Shown: one piece after another, positions 20,087 through 26,926 of the stretch | Layout of the letters: the number at the start of each line of letters is the position of its first letter | Numbering within the stretch: the first letter of the stretch is position 1 | Virus record (IMG/VR): IMGVR_UViG_3300026442_000101 | Source: a virus | Taxonomy: Duplodnaviria > Caudoviricetes | Length of the DNA stretch: 64,000 bases | Direction: 5' to 3' (one strand) | Translations under genes and position numbers: made by a program | The notes under the pieces: generated by a model | Told to the model about the DNA's origin: nothing | Seen by the model: only the letters and a program-made list of their open reading frames with translations | The model's database searches: none

Positions 20087-21223
20087 ATGCGCGGATTCAA
20101 CATCATCGGTCTCAATCACCTCCAGAAAGGCAAGCTCGGTGACATGAACGCTTGCTACGGATTTGGTTCCAGTCAATGGGAGCCGGTCGCCATTCGCAAC
20201 GCGACGAGCCAGGGTCAAGTTGGGTTGTACGTCAATACTGCCAACAAGCTGGTGTTTGCAGTAAACGACACGGTCGGAACAACCAAGGCCGGCTGCACTC
20301 AAATCAAGCTGTCTAAATTGATCGATAACGCAGCCGACGTCGCTGAGCTTACCATCGGTATGCGTCTTGATGCTGCGCCGTATACGCCGTCCATCACCAG
20401 CGCTTATCCACTGGTCTGCCTTTATGCGATACAGCCCGCTGTCGGCGCTACCAACGGACCACAATCCACTCTCGTGATACAGCCTTCTGCTAACGTCGCT
20501 GCAGCGTCTGGTTACTACGAGTTCGTATTCACCCTAACCGCCGTAGGTGCCGGCGGTGGTAGGATCGACATCTATCTGGATAAAGTCTTCCAGGGCTACA
20601 CCACGTTGGCATCCACGATCGGTCGAACCAACATTGGTAACTACTACCTCAGCTTCGGTCGTATGGCTATGGTTTGCTATAACAGCACGACTCCTGGGCT
20701 CGGTGGTGCGGATACGGTGCTCTTCACCATGGAGGACATTTACTGCGTGTACGACACCGTCGTTCAAGATGGTAGTACCCGTAAAGGTCCGATGAAGATC
20801 CGCCCTCTGGACGTCGATACCAACAACGATGTCGCGTGGCAGACTTCGGACGGCAGTGCTCGTGCAGCGTGCTTGAACCTCGCCGATCACCACGGCACTA
20901 TCTTGACGCCGTATGTCCTGTCCCCACTCGACATGACGGCCATCAAACTCAGACGCGTCACTACGCCGATCAGCGACAGCGACAAGATCCTCTGCATTGC
21001 TGGAGCGACTAGCGCTTCTCGTGACGTAGGGCAGTCAGCGAACATCTCGGCTAAGTGGAAGTTCAACTCTTCGGAATCGGCAGCTACCAGCTATCTGCCC
21101 ACTTCCGGAGACTACACCACGCAGAAGGACTTCCCGCTAGTCACTCTCCAGGCCATGCCGGACGGCTCACCCTTCACCAAGGCCAAGTTGGCTGACCTCG
21201 AGATGGTCCTGACTCCGGTATAA
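20087..21223 (+). CDS. Putative lectin-like tail protein
   Basis: Paralog of 16031 and 18959 (YYEFVF...IDIYLD, MEDIY...RKGP). Confidence 0.55.
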   Translation: MRGFNIIGLNHLQKGKLGDMNACYGFGSSQWEPVAIRNATSQGQVGLYVNTANKLVFAVNDTVGTTKAGCTQIKLSKLIDNAADVAELTIGMRLDAAPYTPSITSAYPLVCLYAIQPAVGATNGPQSTLVIQPSANVAAASGYYEFVFTLTAVGAGGGRIDIYLDKVFQGYTTLASTIGRTNIGNYYLSFGRMAMVCYNSTTPGLGGADTVLFTMEDIYCVYDTVVQDGSTRKGPMKIRPLDVDTNNDVAWQTSDGSARAACLNLADHHGTILTPYVLSPLDMTAIKLRRVTTPISDSDKILCIAGATSASRDVGQSANISAKWKFNSSESAATSYLPTSGDYTTQKDFPLVTLQAMPDGSPFTKAKLADLEMVLTPV

Positions 21224-21233
21224 CGAGGTCGTC

Positions 21234-21944
21234 ATGCCGCAAATCAAACTTAGGAACGCCCCACTCTACGTGGGTATGGTGGGCGATGCGCGAGTTAAGT
21301 TGCGTAACGCCCCGATGTATGTGGCGGTTCAGAGCCCACCTGTGGTAGAGTTCCGTAGCGTCAGGGCCTACGCTTTGACTCAACCAGCGAACACCACGCA
21401 GTTACGTAATGTTCGGATGTACGCGCTGGTGCAGATGGCGCCGCTTACCTATCTTGCCAAGGCAGGCGCGGTAGCTCTCCTCGAGGCTATCAACAAGGAA
21501 CATTCCAAAACCCTGACTGCGGAGCAGGTGTATTTCGAGAATCCCCAACCTCTGGCTGGTGATGATCACTTCAACTCGCAGATCACCATGAAGCCACATG
21601 CGGTGTTCCCGTATTCTGGACAAATGGTGTTCCGGTATAACCGATTCGTCATCGCTGACTTCTTCGCAGGTAAGGATACCAGTACCCTGCCAGCAGGTAG
21701 TCAGACCACCATCCACGGACGACTGGCGGCTATCAATAGTACGTTTGGGTGCTCGTTATCGACGACTGATGTCGTGAACGCTCCAGTGGCAGCTAATACC
21801 ACAGGCCTCACGCTCACCATCGCTACCACGAGTATTCTATTCGTACCAGGTAGTAAGATGTTCATCGGACAGTCGTTACCAGCCGACGATCTCTCGGTCA
21901 AGGCTCCGGTAACCGATCTCGGTGGTTTTGATGCAGAAGGCTAA
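21234..21944 (+). CDS. Virion structural paralog with 4 N-terminal R(N/S)xxxY repeats
   Basis: LRNAPLYV, LRNAPMYV, FRSVRAYAL, LRNVRMYAL; YNRF; ends VTDLGGFDAEG. Confidence 0.7.
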   Translation: MPQIKLRNAPLYVGMVGDARVKLRNAPMYVAVQSPPVVEFRSVRAYALTQPANTTQLRNVRMYALVQMAPLTYLAKAGAVALLEAINKEHSKTLTAEQVYFENPQPLAGDDHFNSQITMKPHAVFPYSGQMVFRYNRFVIADFFAGKDTSTLPAGSQTTIHGRLAAINSTFGCSLSTTDVVNAPVAANTTGLTLTIATTSILFVPGSKMFIGQSLPADDLSVKAPVTDLGGFDAEG

Positions 21945-21952
21945 GTAGACAG

Positions 21953-21984
21953 CATACAGCCCCGGCGCGAGCCGGGGCTGTATG
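21953..21984. terminator. Bidirectional hairpin between convergent structural genes
   Basis: CATACAGCCCCGGC-GCGA-GCCGGGGCTGTATG. Confidence 0.8.
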
Positions 21985-21994
21985 TCGCTTGGGA

Positions 21995-22519
21995 TTAACC
22001 CTCGGCGTCGAAGCCGTCCAGGTCAGTCACGGAAGCTGCTTCGTTCAGAGGAACGTCAGCGTCCGGTACGGACAGAACAGCAGCGAAGGTGCCGGTGTAC
22101 AGCAGGCTGCCAGCGTCGGCAACAACATCGGCCGAACCGTTGGTGTCTTCGTCAACCGGGCGAACGATGTTCGACAGGCTGATTTCCGATTCGATCAGAC
22201 CCAGCGCGGTAGCGACCTTGGTCAGGACCTGTGCGTCGGTATCGCCTTCAGCGATGACCACAGGGATGGCCTTGGCAGTAGCGATACCTTCGCCAGCAGT
22301 CAGCGCCCGACGGGTGTAGCTGAAGGTCTGGGTGCCGCTGAAGCCTTGGTTGTCGACAGCGGTGTAGGTGATGCTGGTGTTGCGACCACCAGTGCCAGCT
22401 TCGCTGACAACCGAGCCAGGAGTGATCTGGGCGGCGGTAGCGTTCAGGCTGGGGTTAGCAGCGTTGATCAGTGCCAGGACGTTAGCCGCGGCAGTGATGG
22501 CGATATTGACTTTAGCCAT
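21995..22519 (-). CDS. Virion structural paralog (YxRR domain), probably abundant
   Basis: GRNTSI...FSYTRRAL; ends VTDLDGFDAEG; codon bias like the capsid gene. Confidence 0.7.
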   Translation of the reverse strand: MAKVNIAITAAANVLALINAANPSLNATAAQITPGSVVSEAGTGGRNTSITYTAVDNQGFSGTQTFSYTRRALTAGEGIATAKAIPVVIAEGDTDAQVLTKVATALGLIESEISLSNIVRPVDEDTNGSADVVADAGSLLYTGTFAAVLSVPDADVPLNEAASVTDLDGFDAEG

Positions 22520-22571
22520 GATGTTGAACCCTTCATGTTTGCGGTTAGGGACAGTCCTAACATAGCATCAG

Positions 22572-22615
22572 CGGCATAAGCCCCTACACCAGAGCCGTGA
22601 AGCCTGGTGTAGGGG
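22572..22615 (-). terminator. Hairpin plus TATGCCG ending the 620-nt non-coding unit
   Basis: CCCCTACACCAG...CTGGTGTAGGGG, then CTTATGCCG. Confidence 0.7.
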
Positions 22616-22619
22616 AATG

Positions 22620-23240
22620 CTCAAGGATCAGAAAGGCAACTACCCGACAATGGATACCTGGGGAGGAGATGCGCGGCTGCTACGCGCTCCATCGTCGTTA
22701 GGTCGACCAAGACTTTTGTCGCCCTTATCTCCGTTTCAGTGAGGTCAATACCCACCCATCAGATCGCCTATAATAGACGTGCACATCCATTACAAGCATC
22801 TGAAGGCTGCGTACTACGAGCCGCGTTGGTCGGCAGTCCATTTCCGTCTTTTACGATCATCGCTTCAGCCCACTGGACTGCGGGTCGAACCCGGAGCAGC
22901 GGTCCACTAGACCGACGGAGCGTGACGGCGTACCACGATTAACTGCCAAGCGCGAACATCGTGCAACAACTTGAGTACTCCTTGAAGCGTTGGCGTGCTT
23001 AACGAGTCCCCCGTACCCTTCGAAACTCTAATCACCGGCCAGGGGTCAGAGAGTCTCTCATATACTCCAATAGTCCAGGGTGAGGTTATTGGAGATGCCC
23101 TAAGGCATATCAAACACAAGAGTGTTTCACGCCATGTTTAACGTCTTGCGATCATCAGTGATAAGACGATCAGAGGACCAGCTGCCTTAGACAGTCAGGC
23201 GGCCAGCGAGGGAGTCCGGGATGCGCGGCTGGTCCTCTGA
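22620..23240 (-). ncRNA. Putative ~620-nt structured non-coding RNA
   Basis: No credible ORF; many hairpins; 13-bp 5' stem; 12-nt terminal direct repeat; upstream GTATTATAT element; downstream terminator. Confidence 0.6.
23108..23163 (-). ncRNA. Putative type I hammerhead ribozyme
   Basis: UAUCA-CUGAUGA-(23-nt stem/loop II)-GAAA-CAC-UCUU-GUG-UU^UGAUA; all invariant core nucleotides are present, and stems I and III are Watson-Crick. Confidence 0.65.
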
Positions 23241-23263
23241 TATAATACTTTCATGTTTCGTAA

Positions 23264-23971
23264 TTATTCACGGATAGTTCGCACCATGTACTCGTTGGTC
23301 ATCTTGATGACGTTACCTAACTTAGTAGCCGCGTTGATGCGCTGGCAGAACTCTTTGAGGATCGGTCCACCGGACTGGGATTTACAGTTGAAGGTCAGTT
23401 GGATCATGCCGGCGAAGATACGGACTTCGATAAGCGGCACCGGCAGCAGGGTGGCTTGGATCACCTTGCCGTCGATATCGGTACGATATAGCACGTAATG
23501 GTAATCGAGATCACGAGTGCTATCAAGTACGACTTGGTTGATGCCGTAGAGGGCTTGCCGTATCGCATCACGATCGGCAGTGTCGGTGTCGTTAAACACT
23601 ACGCTGATACTTCCGCCAGTATCCTCACCACCAACCGAGACTACCTGCATACGCAGCAGGGCGTTAATGACATCACGATTGGCTTTGAGGTGATCCATGC
23701 TCGAGTCGAACTGTAACGCAGTGATCGCTAAGCTCGTGTCCACGCGGCGTGGTACGTTCTGTTCCTTGATGACGATCTCGACTTTACTGCCATCAAGGCT
23801 AGTCCAGTTACGGATATCCTCGCCAACGAGGTTGCGCTCTGCACGCAGATCCTCGCTGGTGATCTTAACCTCGTGACCGTACTCCTGCATCAGAGCACGC
23901 TCGATGATTGCCATGACGTGACTTTTACCGACGCCGGTCGAACCTTTAACGATGACTTCGAGCTTTTCCAT
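23264..23971 (-). CDS. Hypothetical protein with N-terminal P-loop-like motif
   Basis: VIVKGSTGVGKS at the N-terminus; no clear Walker B. Confidence 0.55.
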   Translation of the reverse strand: MEKLEVIVKGSTGVGKSHVMAIIERALMQEYGHEVKITSEDLRAERNLVGEDIRNWTSLDGSKVEIVIKEQNVPRRVDTSLAITALQFDSSMDHLKANRDVINALLRMQVVSVGGEDTGGSISVVFNDTDTADRDAIRQALYGINQVVLDSTRDLDYHYVLYRTDIDGKVIQATLLPVPLIEVRIFAGMIQLTFNCKSQSGGPILKEFCQRINAATKLGNVIKMTNEYMVRTIRE

Positions 23972-24341
23972 TGGCTGCGATCTCTCTTTTGATGTATGAC
24001 CATTTGTTCATGATGCCCGCCGCAGCGCCGAGCGCTACGTCATGACAATCATTGTATTCAAACGCTACCTCCCTGAGACCAGGTCGTAGGGCTCCGACCT
24101 GCTTGTCGTCACGCTTAGCTTCGAGGACGACACAGTAGACCTCGTGTTTGACGAGGTGCGCCACGTACCGGGCAGCGTCACGCCACAGCTTGTTAGGGAC
24201 ATCATGGCAGGTCATCTTACGGACCTCATTGAGATAACCCTCAACCTTTAAGATGAGGACGTATTCGTCGCCAAGGAGTCGAAGTAAGTCTCGAGGTATT
24301 TGATGCCGCACACAGTCCAGCAGAAATGCTTCCAGTTCCAT
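23946..24341 (-). CDS. Hypothetical protein
   Basis: 131 aa with GGAGG RBS. Confidence 0.6.
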   Translation of the reverse strand: MELEAFLLDCVRHQIPRDLLRLLGDEYVLILKVEGYLNEVRKMTCHDVPNKLWRDAARYVAHLVKHEVYCVVLEAKRDDKQVGALRPGLREVAFEYNDCHDVALGAAAGIMNKWSYIKREIAANGKARSHR

Positions 24342-24419
24342 GACGACCTCCGTTTATTCATTACATAGCCGTCATTGTTAAATGTATACGAACGGCATAA
24401 AGACCCGGCCGAAGCCGGG

Positions 24420-24665
24420 CATCTTGATCTTCATGTTGCCCGTCGTTGTACATGCGCATCCGGCTAGAGGCAGCGAACCGCCCGATAGGTTTCAGCTACA
24501 AGCATTGATAGGCGCGTTCAGCCTCAGGAAGAACGCTAAGGGGTGGCGTTGCCGCCATTGGGGTTCCATTCCTCAGGGAGCTGGACGAAACGGACGTCCT
24601 TACTGTGAGTTCAAGATCTAAATTGTGAAAGAGCTCAGAGAACAACTTGTGAGGGCATTCTCTAC
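24420..24665 (-). ncRNA. Putative ~245-nt structured RNA
   Basis: Closing stem ATCTTGA/TCAAGAT; GGCG-GCAA-CGCC and GGCGG-TTCG-CTGCC tetraloop hairpins; TATG at the 5' end; hairpin+TTTATGCCG at the 3' end. Confidence 0.45.
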
Positions 24666-24748
24666 ATAGTATATTGACATCATCCGTAAGTATTCACGCA
24701 AAAAAAAAAGAAAGTAGCACAGCCCGGCTTTCGCCGGGCTGTATGCTG

Positions 24749-25072
24749 TCAGTCTTTGCGACGTCTGAAGGATGTGATTGCTTTCTTGATGTAGGAGAGG
24801 TTCTTGATCTCGGAATACGGGACCGAGTTCTGCCGACAGAAATCTCTGTAGGCGATCAACTCCTCCATCTTCGAAAGCTGCACGTAGTGACTGATCTCAC
24901 CATCGGGTAGATAGTGGCGGATATAGATCATGTCGTCCTTGTGCTTACTTGGGTCAGCAGCTTCCCAGATGAGTCGCTCCTTACCGTGGATCGTATCTAC
25001 GAAGAGGTGGACGACAGTGCCGTCCTCATCCCCGTAGTGATCCTGACTGTGCTTGATGTACGGCTGTGTCAC
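24749..25072 (-). CDS. Hypothetical protein
   Basis: 107-aa ORF (GTG start) overlapping its neighbour by 4 nt. Confidence 0.55.
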   Translation of the reverse strand: MTQPYIKHSQDHYGDEDGTVVHLFVDTIHGKERLIWEAADPSKHKDDMIYIRHYLPDGEISHYVQLSKMEELIAYRDFCRQNSVPYSEIKNLSYIKKAITSFRRRKD

Positions 25073-25374
25073 GTAACTACCTCGTAGACTTTGTTGTACA
25101 GATCACGGATCTCCTTGAGGACCCGATCGCGATCACCTTTGTAGTCATGCGAGATGATTGTCTGCATGAGCCACGCTTCTGCCGCAGTGAGCTTGCGCTC
25201 GATATCTGCGATCTTCTCCAGGATCTTCTTGTGAAGAAACTCGATCTCCTCATCGATCTTCTTCTTATCCGCCTCGGTCCGAGGAGTTGGTTTGTATCGC
25301 TGGTAAGCTGCGTAACCTCCACCAGTGATCACGCCAGCTGCTATCAGAGCGGCTACTAACTTTGCTGCGTTCAC
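25069..25374 (-). CDS. Membrane-anchored coiled-coil hypothetical protein
   Basis: N-terminal hydrophobic segment; GGAGG RBS. Confidence 0.6.
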   Translation of the reverse strand: MNAAKLVAALIAAGVITGGGYAAYQRYKPTPRTEADKKKIDEEIEFLHKKILEKIADIERKLTAAEAWLMQTIISHDYKGDRDRVLKEIRDLYNKVYEVVT

Positions 25375-25383
25375 GGTTACCTC

Positions 25384-25722
25384 CTAGCCTACATTAGGCA
25401 TGACGATAAGTTTGATGACCTTCAGCTGATCCTGGATGCTCTCCAGTTCGGTAGGCGACAATTTGTCGAGTTCGCCCGTGGTGCTCTGGACAGTCAGCTT
25501 AGCAAGGAAATCTACCTGGACATCGCTCAGCAAACCGCTGCCATTCAGGTTGACGAACAGGCTGATCATCTGAAGATCCACAATGATCGAAGTGACTTTC
25601 ATCTTGGCGAGAGTTCTGTCTTCGCTTTCCTTTGTAGCTTTGATGGACTTGTAGGCTGCGTAACCCAGACCACCAACGATTGCACCCAGAGCAGCGATAC
25701 GGACGATATTACCAAAGTTCAT
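25384..25722 (-). CDS. Membrane-anchored hypothetical protein
   Basis: MNFGNIVRIAALGAIVGGLGYAAYK...; GAGGAGG RBS; N-terminal segment similar to 25069. Confidence 0.6.
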   Translation of the reverse strand: MNFGNIVRIAALGAIVGGLGYAAYKSIKATKESEDRTLAKMKVTSIIVDLQMISLFVNLNGSGLLSDVQVDFLAKLTVQSTTGELDKLSPTELESIQDQLKVIKLIVMPNVG

Positions 25723-25761
25723 TGCGCGACCTCCTCGGTCATTGAGATTGTTCATCGCGAC

Positions 25762-25773
25762 AATGTGTGACTG
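25762..25773 (-). promoter_or_regulatory. Promoter-like motif CAGTCACACATT
   Basis: Motif copy between a terminator and the ATG at 25722. Confidence 0.6.
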
Positions 25774-25834
25774 AAAAATAGTTAAATGCGGCATATACCC
25801 CACCACCGGCGGAGCGACCGGTGGTGGGGATCTA

Positions 25835-26061
25835 TGTTGGTTCACACTTGGGGCTGAGTGGTCACCCCACAGAGTTCGGCTTGTCCTCACGACGCTGAAC
25901 TCTGCAGGCTGTGCACTCTAGGCACTAGCTAGACTCCGACGGACCCGCGACCGTCGTAGCCTAAGGTCGGAGAGGACTCCCGACCACGGTGATCCAACGA
26001 TGGGAGTGTGCACACCGTTGGATTAAACTGAATCCATTCGCCCGAAATAATTCAGTCTAAC
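25835..26061 (-). ncRNA. Putative ~230-nt highly structured RNA
   Basis: Six consecutive hairpins whose G-U pairs work only on the minus strand; GTATTATATG directly 5'; hairpin+TATATGCCG 3' (25789-25829). Confidence 0.65.
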
Positions 26062-26078
26062 ATATAATACATCACATG

Positions 26079-26495
26079 TCACCAGTTGAACATCTTACTC
26101 CTCTCCGATGCATTAGCCTCGACAGTGTATTCGTCGAAAGGCTTGGCATTTGCGTATGCACGTTTAGCTGTAGGGAGGAACCCTGCGGCTTTGTATGCGC
26201 GGATGCTTGAAGCATTCTTCGGTTCGATCCAGGCTCTCATGCGCTTACCTTGACGAAATGCGCGAATGAAGTCTGCTGCCACACCTTTACCCCGATATTC
26301 GGGGAGGATGTAAATAGAGCCTGTCCGCCAGTAGCCGTCCGGCTCTTGGAATGGTACAGAGAATCCCACGACCTTCCCCTCGAAGTACAAGGGTTCGATA
26401 TTTTCCATGTGGTTCTTAAGTGCGGCAGGGCCTAAGAATGGATCCTTCAAGGCTTTGTCCACGAGCGCTTTAAGCTCAGGTGTTATAGTCGCCAT
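26079..26495 (-). CDS. GNAT-family acetyltransferase
   Basis: IYILPEYRGKGVA (motif A) and N..SIRAYKAAGF (motif B). Confidence 0.85.
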   Translation of the reverse strand: MATITPELKALVDKALKDPFLGPAALKNHMENIEPLYFEGKVVGFSVPFQEPDGYWRTGSIYILPEYRGKGVAADFIRAFRQGKRMRAWIEPKNASSIRAYKAAGFLPTAKRAYANAKPFDEYTVEANASERSKMFNW

Positions 26496-26599
26496 GATCC
26501 TACTCTCAATATACTTGACCATACGATAAGTTTTAACGAACACCCCCTATACAAAAAAAGAAAGCACACCAGGGCCTTGCGGCCCTGATGTGTTTAGTC

Positions 26600-26926
26600 T
26601 TACTTGATCACGCTAAGAGTCGGTGGGTGCGAACTCTTTCGGAACCATGCTGTCCACGCCGCTTTGAAGGACGGAAATCGGTCCTTGGTTACCTTACGGC
26701 CAAAGCGGTCAGTCAGCACATAACCAGCATCATCCAGTTGGTTGAGCAACCAGGCGACACCATGACTCGCGCCAGCATTATAAATGTTCACTTCTTCTGG
26801 CGTGTCGATGATTTCGGTGATGTTATCGCCGACGTCTGCGATCTTACCTCGGAAGCCGTGAACAAGCGCAGCCGCAGACTCTGCTCGGTAAGCGTCCCAC
26901 ATGAGTTCTTCAAGCGGAGATTTCAT
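26600..26926 (-). CDS. Hypothetical protein
   Basis: 108 aa, TGATG-coupled to the upstream gene. Confidence 0.55.
   Translation of the reverse strand: MKSPLEELMWDAYRAESAAALVHGFRGKIADVGDNITEIIDTPEEVNIYNAGASHGVAWLLNQLDDAGYVLTDRFGRKVTKDRFPSFKAAWTAWFRKSSHPPTLSVIK

Noticed and set aside
9821-22519. Diversity-generating retroelement or invertible cassette acting on the tail paralog array
   Set aside because: No reverse transcriptase, recombinase, or near-identical TR/VR DNA repeats; similarity is at the protein level only.
22874-22900. GGGTTCGACCC resembling a tRNA T-loop in the 620-nt RNA
   Set aside because: 5-nt loop embedded in a longer hairpin, with no acceptor or anticodon arms.
23041-23080. 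Plus-strand TCAGAGAG...AATAGTCC resembling group I intron R/S elements
   Set aside because: No complementary GACUA P7 strand and no interrupted host gene; wobble pairs favour the minus strand.
24420-24620. Possible RsmA/CsrA sponge (GGA motifs)
   Set aside because: Only about four GGA, roughly what chance gives, and not consistently in loops.
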